Of a stretch of 64,000 nucleotides of DNA, positions 24,814-38,139 are shown one piece after another. This DNA comes from Octopus vulgaris (taxonomy: Eukaryota), in assembly GCA_951406725.2 (NCBI GenBank), contig OX597823.1:47368001-47432000 (forward strand). The letters run 5' to 3'. How positions within the stretch are numbered: the stretch's first letter is position 1; the number at the start of each line of letters is the position of its first letter. A program made the translations under genes and the position numbers. Below the pieces are notes generated by a model, which worked only from the letters and a program-made list of their open reading frames with translations, had not been told where the DNA came from and made no database searches.

Positions 24814-26174
24814 GATGATGATGTAGTGAAGTATTTTTTCAGTTTATATCATTTATTAACGACAACTCCCTGAATTTAATGCCATAAAATAATGATTTCT
24901 TGCCTCAGAGTGGGTTTCCTTTAAGGTCATCAGGCTGACCTTTCAGTAAGAAATATGAAAATATGTCGAGTAGAACTGAGCAGATAGTTATACAAACATT
25001 TTGATTAGCCAGTTTATCGTTATCAGTTCTAATAAAACTATAGTTATGTTGGAATAATATTTATTTAATTTTTTTAGGCTTTTAATTTATGTTTTATTTG
25101 ATATGATAGCAAAGTTTCTTATTTAATTTTAACAGCTAAAAATGCTCAGAAATTCAACTATGTAATTTTATAAAAAGCAAATGAATGAAATATATTTATA
25201 TTAATTAACATGTGACACAGCAAAAAAAACTAGCAGTTATATTTATAATTTACTCCCAAAAAGATGTTTTATGGCAGTCCTTTCATCATTTAATCTTTTA
25301 ATCTATTACATCATTGTAACTGAATTGTTGAACTTGGGTTCATAACTAATTCATCAGTCATGGGTTCAAATCATGTGTTATGCATATGCCAAAGCAACAA
25401 AGACAGAAGAATAATGCAACAGCAACAGTGTTTACCTCAGTTTTCTTTGGATTGAAATTAAACTTCAGTACAAGACTAACGCTAGAAATGCAAAGCGATG
25501 TACAGTTTTAAAATTCCTATTCAATGAATGAATAAAAATGTTAATATTTGAAGACCAGTGTAACCTGTGTCAACACAGTTAAACAAAGACAAAAATGTGA
25601 ACCAGAAGCATATCAGCTTAGAGATATTATGTTGTTTATTTATTTCTTCTTTGTTCTGTTATAATATCATGGGAAACTTGCATATCCTGTCTTTCAAACA
25701 AATATAAAAAAAAAAATGTAGACTTGTTATTACTGGTTTCACATCATAGCCCTGTGTTCATGACGCTTTGTTTCATTCAAAGACAATATGCTCAGGAAAG
25801 TCAGTACAGTTCCTACAATGTTTTCAACTTATTAATATGGGTAATGCTACAGTTTTAATAGCATTTCATTACAGTGAAGCCAAGAAACTATGAAAATAAG
25901 TAACAATAGAAACTTTAGGGAGGTCAATAAAAGTGACTGTTCCAGTTAATGTATCCATAAACCAGGTGGTTTATGGATACATTTAATGGCACCAAATCTG
26001 TTGTAGGAATTCAACCCAGGTCTCTTCTTTGAGGGTAACCTCCTTTTCTTCTAGCAGTCTTAGAATCCCTTAGAAGGCTCATAGACATTGCCCTTCCTTT
26101 TCTGATTGAGCAAACAGGAAAAATCCATTTTTAGTATGGATTACAGATGTCCAATATTTACACTCCCCAGTATA

Positions 26175-26600
26175 CATGTAATCCTTCGATTGTTGCGGGT
26201 GTTAGGTTCCCAAACCTCCCACAGAAATAATTAAAATTCAAAAAATATAAATATTTATCAACTGCAGAAACCTGCAATATACATTTACACATATAGGGCG
26301 GCAAGCTGGCAGAATCGTTACCACGCCGGGTGAACTGCTTAGTGGTATTTCGTCTGCCGTTACATTTTGAGTTCAAATTCCACCAAGGTCGACTTTGCCA
26401 TTCATCCTTTCAGAGTCGATTAAATAAGTACCAGCTACGCACTGGGGTCGATGTAATCGACTTAATCTGTTTGTTTGTCCTTGTTTGTCCCCCTCTATGT
26501 TTACTCCTCTATGGGCAATAAAGAAATAGAAATACATTTACATATATTAGTCAGAAAAATCCGCGATGTACTGAGTGTGTGATATGGTGAGGGATTACTG
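26175..26600. mobile_element. Tigger/pogo-like MITE with a nested SINE
   Basis: TA-flanked TIR-like ends CATGTAATCCTTCG...GAGGGATTACTG. Confidence 0.6.
26296..26531 (+). mobile_element. SINE family B inserted in the Tigger-like MITE
   Basis: Full GGCGGCAAGCTGGCAGAATCG... body; 16-bp TSD ATACATTTACACATAT (26279-26294) / ATACATTTACATATAT (26532-26547). Confidence 0.85.
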
Positions 26601-27350
26601 TATATATACTATCTTTTACTTGTTTCAGTCATTAGATTGTGGCCATGCTGGGGCACCACCTTAAATTTTAGTTGCCCCAGTACTTAATTTTTTAAGCCTG
26701 GTACTTATTCTATCAGTGTCTTTTGCCCAGCCATAAGGCTTTGATAGACCTGAGACTATAGCACAGGATACTTGCCCACGCTGTGAGACTGAACCCAGAA
26801 CCATGTAATTGGGAAGCAAACTTCTCCCCACACAACCATGCCTATATTAATTGCTGATGTTGCACTTAACAGTTCAGCAAAAGGGACCAATAGAATAAGT
26901 ATCAGTCATAAAGGAAAAATAAACACTGGGGGTTGATTCATTCAACTAAAAATTCTTTAAGGCAGTGCTCCAGCATGGCCACTGTTTAATGACTGAAACA
27001 AGTAAAAAGGAAAAGGAAAAACTATTTAAATATCTGACTAAACTTAAAGATATTTTAGTTTACCTAACAAAGCAAGTCTTTTGTGGTCATATTTCTTGTT
27101 TTATGGGAAACTTTGAAGTCAGCTTGTTGTGGTTTGTAAGTCAGAAAATGAGATGTCATTGAATCAGAATATAAAGTAATTTTGTTCTTTTATTTGTTGG
27201 TGAGACTATCTCAAGAACCAACCATCTGTGTATACAGTCACTTGGTTGGTCTTCTAGTGAATCATTCGCTCTCTGTTCACCAAGTAAATCAGATGATGTC
27301 CAGTGTTCTGTGTCGCTGTAGAAAATTAAAAAAAAAACCCATGAGTAAAA

Positions 27351-28313
27351 TTAACCCTCTAGCATTTAAACCAGCCATAGCCGTCCCAAATGTTCTACCT
27401 GTTTTTTTTAATTACGTGTCAGATCGCAGTGTCTGCCAAACTTCAAGCATGTTTGAACTGGTAACAAGTTTGTATTCACATCACTGCTTAGTCCTGTCAC
27501 CCCCTGTATTTTGTTAACAACAAAGCCACTGAATAGTGCAGCCAGTCATTGAACGATGACGAGAATATCATAAGAGGGCCTTGTCTGTTGTGTCAGTTTG
27601 CAGCGTCTGGCCTAGTTAGAGGACGTTGTAAGCTTGACTGTATTTATACCTATTTGTCTTGTCTGCAGTGAGAAATTTTCTCAGTGACAAAATACAATGA
27701 ATGGCTTTCTTATGAGTTCGAATATGTCTCAAAGCATGTTTGAACTGGTAACAAGTTTATATCTATACAAATTACTGCTTAATACTGTCACCCTGCATAT
27801 CTTATGTATGGTGAGCCACTGAATAGCACAACCAGTAATTGTACAATAACAAGGATAACAAAAGAGGTACTTGTCTCTTGCGTCAGTTTGCAGTGTCTGC
27901 CTTTCCAGCCTCTGTTGCTGAAGAGGAGATAATCACTCTGAATTACATGCATCCACCAGTCTGGGTTACATTCCGCTGTGAGCTGACTCTGTGTCTTTAC
28001 ACCTGTTTGTCTACAATGAGAAATTTTCTCAGTGACAAAATACAGTGAATGACTTTCTTATGGGTTCAAGTATACCTCACACATATTTGAAATGGTAACA
28101 AGTTTGTAGTTATGCACAACGCTGCTTCACACTATCGCCCTATATTCTACTTGTTTCATGTTCAAACTGGCCAGATCCAGCCTTTTGCACCTACCCTACC
28201 ATCAGTTGCATCATTGAAATTTTGGAGCTACTAAATAATACATAATTAATTCAAAATAATGTGGATAAATAAGTATTACATTTGACATAGTAATCTCAAT
28301 GCTAAAAGGTTAA
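27351..28313. mobile_element. piggyBac-like MITE expanded by an internal ~290-350 bp tandem triplication
   Basis: TTAACCCTCTAGCATTT...AATGCTAAAAGGTTAA termini; repeated CAT(G/A)TTTGAA(C/A)TGGTAACAAGTTT near 27448, 27735 and 28083. Confidence 0.7.
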
Positions 28314-28439
28314 TCATAGTATGTTTACTGCAATGAATAGCAAAAAAGCCAACTTGAAACACCTCATACAATACAAACTCATAAATTTTAAGCTTAGTTT
28401 CACACTTTATTTACTTTTCTTCTGAGATATATCAAATTA

Positions 28440-28667
28440 TTAACCCTTTTGTTACTAACCTGGCCAAAACCGGCTCTGGCTCTGTGGTAAAATGTCTTGT
28501 TTTCACAAGTTTTGAATTAAAATATTTCACCAAGTCTTAGCCACAATTTACATTCCTAACACTAGTTCAATGATAACTAAGTTATTTTACTAAATTCTTT
28601 GTTATATTTAAAATAATTGAAAGAAACACAGAGCATCTCAAAATAAATACAGTAACAAAAAGGTTAA
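28440..28667. mobile_element. piggyBac-like MITE, second family
   Basis: TTAACCCTTTTGTTACT...AGTAACAAAAAGGTTAA terminal inverted repeats with TTAA flanks. Confidence 0.7.
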
Positions 28668-29734
28668 ATGATATAAGTATATTTATATCATTTCATAAGT
28701 AAAGGTGTGGCTGCATGGTAAGAAGTTCACTTCCTAACCATAAGGTTCTGAATTCAGTTCCACACTGCATGACACTCTGAGCAGTGCTCCCGCATGGTCT
28801 CATTCTAATGACTGAAACAAGTAAAAGATAAGAGATATTTACATGACCTGCTTACAACTTTTTATTTAATTCTTAGCAACAAAAATTAGAAGTGTGTAAT
28901 TTTGATAAAACCTGTTGCGTCTGCTAAACCAATGAATGTACAGTAAATAAAATACTGAACAAAGCCTAATTGAAATTAAAGAGTTTAGGTTAAAGCAAAT
29001 CTTAAGAGTTCAGTTTTGCTATTTTGAAATAAGAAATGATTTAGAGAAGGTTAAATCTGAATTAATGAAAAGCTTGCGATGAAATCTGTTGTTAATTGAA
29101 ATAGACAAGTAAGAAATATAAAGTAAAATTAATTTATTAAGGAAGTAGGTAAATTCTCTAAGGAAGCAGGACCTCATTGAAATAGGAAGCATTAATTGAA
29201 GTCATTAACAGCGTTGAGGAAGTGTGGAATCTTTAGTACAGAGCTGTTACATAACTGCAGGAAGAGTTTGTAGTTGAAAAGCTTGAAAGTAATGATCTAC
29301 AAAGCCAAGACGTAACTGTTACATATTATCCACTGTTTACTTTGCTGTTACTGCTCCACTCATCGTAGCCACGTAAAAATGAAATAGAATAAAAATAAGA
29401 ATTATATTATGACAACTCATAAGTGTCATGATGAATAATTGTTGGATCTGACACCAAACGGAATGATTAAGAATCCTTTTGTTGGATTTATATGCTTACA
29501 TGACCTTACGAAAAAATAAAGGTCAACTGCTATGTGATTAAATGATGTTAATTGGTTCGAACATAATTAATTGCCCAGCACTTCAAAAATCTTTTGGATA
29601 TGCAAAAGTAGTCACAAATTACGTTTTAGCTTTGACAATGTTTACAAATATTTAATACATACATATAAATATAATGCGTTTTTTTTTTTTTTTTACTTCT
29701 TTTATTTTTCAAAATTAAGGTAACGAAAGTTCTT

Positions 29735-30092
29735 TTTTAATCCAAAATATATTCTCCTTCATTTTGTACAATGCTCTTCTATCTATCTGTTAGACTTCCA
29801 AAATTCACTCATCCATGATGAAAAATACTTCTCCAGTACTGTTCTGACCTCGTCTACAAAATTCATATTTTTTCCATCTAAATGATTTTGGAACTGTGGA
29901 ATAAATGATAATCAAATGGGGTAATGTCTGGCAAATATGGTGGGTGGGGCATCATTTCCCATTCAAACTGCTCCAACCTTTGGAATGTCATCTTCGCTGT
30001 ATGTGGCCAAACATCCTGATGGAGGAACACCTGTCTTGAAACCGAAGATGGTCATTTTCCTTCTAGCATTGAATTAAGCTGCTTGCAGTAGA
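29735..30092 (-). pseudogene. mariner transposase C-terminal fragment (degenerate)
   Basis: The minus strand reads VFLHQDVWPHTAKMTFQRLEQFEWEMMPHPPYLPDITPFDYHLFHS, matching mariner H-D-N-A-R-P-H...W-E-x-L-P-H-P-P-Y-S-P-D-L-A-P-x-D-Y-H-L-F; frameshifts follow. Confidence 0.85.
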
Positions 30093-32909
30093 TCACCTTT
30101 GTTCCAGGTTCAGTCCCACTGCATGACACCTTAGGCAAGTGTCTTCTACTGTAGCCTCAGGCTGACCAAAGCCTTGTGAGTGGATTTGGTAGACAGAAAC
30201 TGGAAGAAGCCTGTCACACACACACACACATATATATATATATGTATATATATTTGTGTGTGTGTCTGTTTGTCCCCACACTATTGCTTGACAACCAATG
30301 TGTTTATGTCCCTGTGACTTAGCAGTTTGACATAAGGGACCGATAGAATAAGTCCTGGGGTTGATTTCTTCAACTAACACCCTTGGAGTCAAATGACCGA
30401 AACAAGTAAAAGAATAAAAGAACACACACACACTCTCTCTCACACTCACACACACACTCACATGTGTGTGGGTGTATATTTATTTTGCTGGTAGAAATGG
30501 AGAAGAGACAACTCAGTATTGAGTCAATATATAATTCTGGTTCAGGAAGTCAACATAACACAACCTACTGCCTTATGTATCTCACTGGGCGTCATGTTCA
30601 GATAAAGTATTCTAAGTAAAGACTTTTACTTTGCTCAAAGACCTACAGTCAGTAAAACATTCAGAATAATATGTCTCGGTGAATTTCTTAACTTAAAAAA
30701 AAAAAAAAATACAATGACACCATTTATACTGGTGGCAAATGCTATGATTAATAGCTAAGTGGTTCAGTGATTCCATTGACAAACACCATGGTGGTAAAAA
30801 TAGCAACATGTAAAATTTTAGCCAAAAAAATATTTCTGAACATGAGAAAACTTTAAATGTGTGAAGATATGAAAATTGCATGCTCTGGAGGATCTACCAT
30901 AAATTGAAATTTTCTTAGAGAAAATCTAGAAATTTGTGGATATTGTTGACAGTGTCGGAACTACATGGATGAGCAGGTATACAGCTATCTTTATTAGGGA
31001 TATTTTTTCTTATTCTTTATTGCAGTTTCATTGGTTTTGAGTTTTCAATGAACCAATCATTATTTCACTGGTTTTTGACAGCAAGAGTAACATTGGAGTG
31101 TCTTACCCAATGTAGGGAACTTCATTTTAAAAATTATTTTTTTCAGTTTTTTTTTTCTTGACAGTTTTTTTTCTGGCATTAGGAAGGGATTCCAGCTGTA
31201 GAAACCATACCAAATCAGATTGGTATAGCTCCCCAGCTTACCAGTTTTTGGTCAAACCATCCAACCCATGCCAGCATGGAAAACGGATGTTAAATGATGA
31301 TGAGTGTTACACACAAGTGTGATTCATCAAAGGTTACACATGCAAATACATATTATTACTATTAGTCCATCTTTCATTGTTGATGATGACCAAGGTCATC
31401 ACACGAGAGAAGACGGAACACAGTGTGTCTGACTGTGGACAATCTTGGAAAGCTCTGCCATGGGTTAAGTACTGGTGGTCTGAAGGTGCCACACAATGGG
31501 ACTGAACCTGGAACCATGTGTTTGGGAATTCATTTCTCCATCAAACTTGTACTCATCTCTATTTAATGCTTTAATTACACTCAACTTTTTCCTAGATTTT
31601 TGTTGCCTTCAATCTTGTCATGTACACTTTTTACTTTTGAAGTATGAGTCAGTAAGGGTGATCTGTTAGGACTGCTTTGGACTTGTGTAGTTAGTGTTTT
31701 TCTTTGTACCCCAAAAATCCTGTTTTGTTCGTAGGAGGTAGCACCTCTGATAACCGAGGTATATATATGCATACTGGAATGCATATAGCTTTTACAGGCT
31801 ACTGATCCAGTGACCTGTTTCTGTAGAGTTTCCCTAGCATGTTATTCATTCCACAGACAAGAGAATGCAGGATAACTGAGATTGATAAGCCATTCTGATG
31901 AGGAGGAAAGTTAGGACACATGATTACCTTAATCTACATAGGTAATTGAATTTACAGTCTAGCTTTGGCTGGAGTCTGTAGAAGAGAAGAAGCGTAAAGC
32001 TCTCAAGTGTGCGCATACACACCCATATAGATATACATGTGTTAGTGCATGAAGGATTTCCACTAATTTACCAAATTCCACTTACAAGATGGTGACTGAC
32101 CTGGGGCTACAGCAGGAGACTCATACTCTGAGTGCTGCACAATAACAGTGAATTTGGACTCATGTGGTTGTCAAACGTGCGATTAGTGGCTGTGGTAATT
32201 CCCTAGTATAAGTTTTGGGCTGGATACATCTCGGAGTGTTAGTGACAGAATATGAACAACTGATAGAGGCATGTGACTTAGTGGTTGGAGTGTTGCACTC
32301 ATGGCTGTGAGATTATGATTTTTTGATTCCTGGGCTGAGCAATGCATTGTGTTCATGAGTGAAACACTTCATTTTATGTTGCTTCAGTCCACTTAGCTGG
32401 CAAGAGGACCCCTCCCCCACATCTAGGGAGGGAGTAATTATGCAGAAGAATCTGAGGAACCTAATTTAGCTATTATATCCTCTCCATAAAAAGATAGTGA
32501 TGATGTTTGCTTTGCCCAAAGCAACTAATTGTTCAGGCCTACTATCAAGGATACATGTTACAAGTGATCATAGGTATATTCATAACTCTATCCTATGGCT
32601 GCTATTTCCAGCATGTCAGATGGCCACATAACTGCTCTGTTGTTGGCCTGTGGTATCAAAGTTGGTGTTTGTTGCTTAGCCTTAGATCAGCACAGATTAA
32701 GTCGACCTCTGATCAAAACCTTCTGCCTATGGCCATTACATCTCATTTTTAGGCATTCCTTTCTCTTACAGATGGTAGAGTTTGATTTTAGGAGAATTTG
32801 GCTGCTATTTCTTGCAGAGCTTCTTTAAAAGTTCTGTAGATGATTTCTAGTTTGATAGGATATATGGCTTTCCCGTAGTAATCCAAAAGCTGGAGCTGCT
32901 GTTCTACCA

Positions 32910-33140
32910 ATTAGCATTTACGACAATCATATCAGGCCCAAAACTTCTACTTGTTTTATGCTGAGACCAGCCAGATCTGGTTTCTCATACCTACCCTACA
33001 ATGTCATTGTAAGAAAAACAAACAAAAACATCACATGATCAAAATTTTGAAGCTACGACATAAAGCATAATTATTACAAAATATTGAATAAATAATCTTA
33101 ATGTCTGACTGAGTAATCTGAAAGCTGTTTAAAAGGCTAA
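32910..33140. mobile_element. piggyBac-like MITE, diverged, opposite orientation to 20619-20847
   Basis: TTAGCATTTA...GCCAGATCTGG..TCTCATACCTACCCTACAATGTCATT... is the reverse complement of the 1422/20619 family. Confidence 0.6.
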
Positions 33141-33814
33141 ACCAGAAATTTCCATGGAGGCCATTGTACAGTTTGTAAGTACGTGTATGCAGTAGCAGTA
33201 GTAGTGGTGGTAGGTGGTGGTGGTGGTGGCGGCGGCGGCGGTGGCAGACAAGTGTTATAAAATGTGCAACTAAACGTCCTGACTAAAACTGCAATATACA
33301 TACCATGGGGTTGCCAGATCAATTTCATAAAAATGTGGAACATTTTCAAAATATAGTAGGGTGTGTTAGAAAACAGCCCAAAAATTCAAAATTTTTTTTT
33401 TTTTGCTTATAAATTAAAAAAAAAATTTAAAAAACAAAAATGCATACAGACACACAAATATCTGAGGGTTGCAAGTATCAAATACATTGGGTCTAATTTA
33501 CTCTGTTGATAATTTAATGCGATATTCCAATTGGATTCTTACTAAAAGTAGTAACCCAAATTAAATTTAAAAAAAAAAATAAAGATAAATATTTCGGTGA
33601 AGTCCTGAAAAGCAACGTCATCTGCTTCTTGTAGTCTGATCTGGTAACCCCGTTCTACTTGCATTGGATATGGTCTCTCAACATGTGCGCTTGCATTTTT
33701 CTGCAGTATCCACTTGGGCATAATTCACCACACACACACACACACACACACACACATGCTGTATATATTTACATACAGTTGTTAGTGTGTATGCACACAA
33801 ACACACACGTCGTT

Positions 33815-34010
33815 TATTTGTTTCAGTCATTACACTGCGGCCATGCTGGGGCACCATCTTCAAGAACGCTTAGGTGAATGAATTGACCCCCGCCACCCTC
33901 ACCAGTACTAGTTTTTATTTTTCGAAGGCTGGTGTTTATTCTATCGTTTTCTTTTGTGAACTGCTAACTAGTTGCCAAGTGAAGGTGGGGGACAAACACT
34001 TAAACACACG

Positions 34011-34062
<52 letters not shown>

Positions 34063-34490
34063 TACACACACATACATACGTATATATGATGGCCTTCTTT
34101 CAGTTTCTTATTTGTTTATTGCCCACAAGGGGCTAAACATAGAGGGGGCAAAGGAGGACAGACAAAGGGATTAAGTTGATTACATCGACCCCAATGCGTA
34201 ACTGGTACATAATTTATCGACCACGAAAGGATGAATGGCAAAGTCGACCATATCGGAATTTGAACTCAGAACGTAACAGCAGACGAAATATCGCTAAGCA
34301 TTTCGCCCGGCGTGTTAACATTTCTGCCAGCTCGCCGCCTTATTTATATTTCTATTAACCAAATCCACTCACAAGGCTTTGGTTGGCCCAAGACTATAGT
34401 AGAAGACACCTGCTAAAGGTGCTGCACAATGGGACTGAACCTGAAGCTATGCGATTGGAAAGCAAGCTTCTTACCACACAGCTACATTTG
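33815..34490 (-). mobile_element. SINE family A with a family B SINE (34108-34339, -) nested in it
   Basis: Family A tail at ~33820 and head at ~34480 flank a well-preserved antisense family B copy ending CTGCCAGCTCGCCGCC. Confidence 0.8.
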
Positions 34491-34711
34491 CACCATACTC
34501 ACTCTTCCTTCTGACTCGTTACTTTTCACTTTTAATTTTCACACATGAGGAATACCCAAGACTAGAATTCATAGCATACCATAAGAATACTACTGGCTTT
34601 TAAGGAAATTCTAATGGTGAACAAACTCTCTTAGTACTCTTATATACGTTCTTAACAGAATATATTTCAACTATATATATATATATATATATACACATAT
34701 GTGTGTGTGTG

Positions 34712-34743
<32 letters not shown>

Positions 34744-34922
34744 TATATATTTATTTATGAATATATATGTGTGTGTATATATATATATATATATATACTT
34801 TATTTAACTCAGAGTAACAGGTTTTGTTGAATTTTCTGCTGCTTTAAATAAAGCATATTACTCTACCACTGGTATTTGAGTACTCTTTTTTCCACCTTGT
34901 TTCACATTTATGTGTTTACTCC

Positions 34923-34962
<40 letters not shown>

Positions 34963-35908
34963 AGAGCAAGCAACAGGTTGCTTAGCCACATACCCTTATT
35001 TACCCTTATATTATTAATATATATATATATGGATATATATGTATATACATACTTTAAAAGAATATTTGCATAGTATTCAAATACAAGGGTCATTTTCCTT
35101 CTTTCTGCCTCTCTCTGTCTCTCTTGTTTACTCTTGTTATTCTATATGTATATATACATATTCATATATATAGATATGCATACATATTTATATATATATC
35201 CTTATATATATATATATATATATATATGGATATACATATAAATACATATGGATATATATATATATATATATATATGTATACACACTTACAGAATGTGAGT
35301 TAGCAAAAGCATGTGGCGCATCAGATAGAATACCTTCCATCTTTCAATATCTATTCTAACTCTGTGCAGTAGGAATTCAAATCTCACCCTTAACAACTTG
35401 GCATTTTCATTCTTTTATGGATCAATAAATAAAGTACTAGCGATGTCCTGGTCACAGTAATTCTTCTCCATCCTTTTTTCGCTGGAACAAATTAGTTATT
35501 TTAAGACCTGAGGAAGGATTGGCTCTTCAATTCCAGACTGAGTTATAAGGGCCCTATCTTAATAGATGGAGCCCTCATAACAGCTCATTCTGGAGCTGCA
35601 GACCTAAGGAAAGCTACCATCATCATCATCATCCTTTAACATCCCATTTTTCATGCTGGCATGTATGTATGTATGTATGTATGTATGTATGAATATCTAT
35701 ATATACATAAATATGTGTAAATGTATATGTGTGAATGTGTATTAAGAGAATAACAAAATCTATTCTCATGTTTAAAGTTCTACAGTGAAAGGCCTGAAAA
35801 TTGCAGGTTAATTAGTTTAAATTTATCTTGGGTCTTATATACCTGTGCCTGTGTGGTTTGTTTTTATATATATATATATATACACACACACATATATATA
35901 TATGTGTG

Positions 35909-35947
<39 letters not shown>

Positions 35948-36254
35948 ATATATATACATATATAAATATGTAAATATATATATATTTACAGAGAGAGAGA
36001 GGGAGAAAATTAAAGCAATATTTGAACATTACTATACAAACTTTATGGAATACGTATGTATGTCTGCCTCTATCTTTTAATGTAGTTTTATGTAATACTG
36101 CATGTGTGTGTATATATATTCCTCCATAGTTAGCCTCTGATCTTTTAAGAAGCATACGCCAAAAAAAGATGCTTTCTACTAATTTTAGGCTTAAAGAATT
36201 ATCCCCCTCCGCCACTACATCGCTATCACTATCTTTTATTTTTTTATTTTTTAT

Positions 36255-36595
36255 CTTTTACTTGTTTCAATCATTAGACTGTGGCCATGCTGGAATGGAA
36301 GAATGTTTTGTCAAATGAATCAAGCTCTGTACATAATTTTTTACTTTTAAGTCTGGTGCTTATTCTGTCAGTGTTTTCTGCCAAACTGCTAAGTTATGGG
36401 GACATAAACAAACCAACACTGGTTGTCGATCAGTGGTGGAGGAGAAAGACACACATGCGTGCACATGATGGGTTTATCTCACTTTCCATCTCTCAAATCC
36501 ATTCACGAGGCTTTGGTCGGCCTAAGGCTATAAGTATAAGAAACTGGCCCAATGTGCCACGGTGTGGGACTGAACCTAGAACCATGTGATTGGGA
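36255..36595 (-). mobile_element. SINE family A copy
   Basis: Reverse-complement similarity to 37266-37640. Confidence 0.75.
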
Positions 36596-37163
36596 ATTTG
36601 TCTCTCCATCAAACCAGTGCCTCCTCTTATACCCCTCTCTACTTAACGAGTTAATAACACCCAGCTTTTTCTGAGATCTTTTTTGTTTTTGTTGTCATCA
36701 ATCTTGTTTACTTTTCAAATACAAATCAACAAGAGATTCTGTGTGGTTTCTAGGCCTGCTAGAGATAGCAGCCAAAGCACCTTAACTTACAGTTGTTTAA
36801 AATAAAAAAAAAGACTAGTGATAATAATACAATAACGCACATGCGCACACGGCTCATTAAATAATATAGTGTAATTTATTTACAACAAAAAAAGGGATGG
36901 TCACAGCTTGAAACTTTTGATCATAGATTTGCTCAGTCAGCGCTATAGTCCTAGGGTTAAACAGCAACCACTGCAACTTGCTCTCAGTTCTTCCTTCCTC
37001 TACTCTTCAGTCTTTTTAATCTTCTCTTCTCCTCCCTCTCTCTCGTGTGTCCTCTTCTCTCCCACTTAGGTTTCCCCCCGTTTCACTCTCTCTCTCTCTC
37101 TCTCTGTTCCTTTCTCTCATGTGTTCTCTTCTCTCCCACTTAGGTTTCCAGTTTCACTCTCTT

Positions 37164-37220
<57 letters not shown>

Positions 37221-37265
37221 CCCTTGGGCTCTCTTTGCCTTCGCTTATAAATCATTAGTATCATA

Positions 37266-37640
37266 GGCGTAGGAGTGGCTGTGTGGTAAGTAGCTTGCTT
37301 ACGAACCACATGGTTCCGGGTTCAGTCCCACTGCATGGCACCTTCGGCAAGTGTCTTCTACTCATAACCTCGGGCTGACCAAAGCCTTGTGAGTGGATTC
37401 GGTAGACGGAAACTGAAAGAAGCCCGTGTGTGTGTGTGTATGTGTGTCTGTGCTTGTCCCCCCCCAACATCGCTTGACAACCGTGTGTTTACGTCACCGT
37501 CCGTCTCTTAGCGGTTCGGCAAAAGAGAGCGATAGAATAAGTACTGGGCTTACAAAGAATAAGTCCCGGGGTCGATTTGTTCGACTAAAGGCGGTGCTCC
37601 AGCATGGCCGCAGTCAAATGACTGAAACAAGTAAAAGAGA
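37266..37640 (+). mobile_element. tRNA-derived SINE, family A, best-preserved copy
   Basis: Pol III-like head TGGCTGTGTGGTAAG...GGTTCAGTCCC, core GCACCTTCGGCAAGTGTC, internal (TG)n, tail GACTGAAACAAGTAAAAGA. Consistent with octopus tRNA-derived SINEs, but the family name is not verified. Other copies near 26612-27010, 30095-30420, 40195-40455, 48500-48660, 50205-50360, 54960-55110, 60090-60460 and 63120-63280. Confidence 0.9.
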
Positions 37641-37715
37641 GATATCCTGTCCCCTCTCTCGCTGGCTCTCCCACATAAATCTCTAGTTCTTCTGCCTTTC
37701 TCTTTTTCTCTCCCC

Positions 37716-37749
<34 letters not shown>

Positions 37750-38139
37750 ATTTCTCTCCTCAATACCTCTTACTTCTCTGCTTCTTCCTTAACTCATTAC
37801 AGTTTTCCATTTCTAGTTCTTTTTCTTTCACTAGTTTTTCTGTCTGCTTCTCCCTTTCTCTCATTAAAATTTCCCTCTGTCCATCTCTGTCCCTCCTTCT
37901 CTCTCTCTCATTTACCTTCTCTCTCTTTATCTGTCTGCCTGTCTCTCTTTCTATCACTTCATTAACTATATTTATCTCCCCCTCTTTCTCTCTACACTTC
38001 TCATCCCTCTTCCTTCCCCTCTCCTTAAATTACGTTCTTTCAAGTAACTGGCCTACTATTCTTTCTCTCCTCCTCATTCTTTACTTTCTCTCTTCTGTCT
38101 GTCTGCCTTTCTGTCGCTCTCTGTTCCTCTCTTACACGT

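Larger units (their letters stand above)
18550..25610 (+). other. 3' arm of giant long-range RNA hairpin 1
   Basis: Partner of 172-15530. It is more compact (fewer TE insertions), and the helix order is strictly the reverse of the 5' arm. Confidence 0.75.

Noticed and set aside
24343-24947. Putative micro-exons AG|...|GTCAGT (~24343-24370) and AG|...|GTAAGA (~24909-24945)
   Set aside because: Their lengths (28 and 37 nt) break frame, the acceptors are weak and there is no supporting homology.
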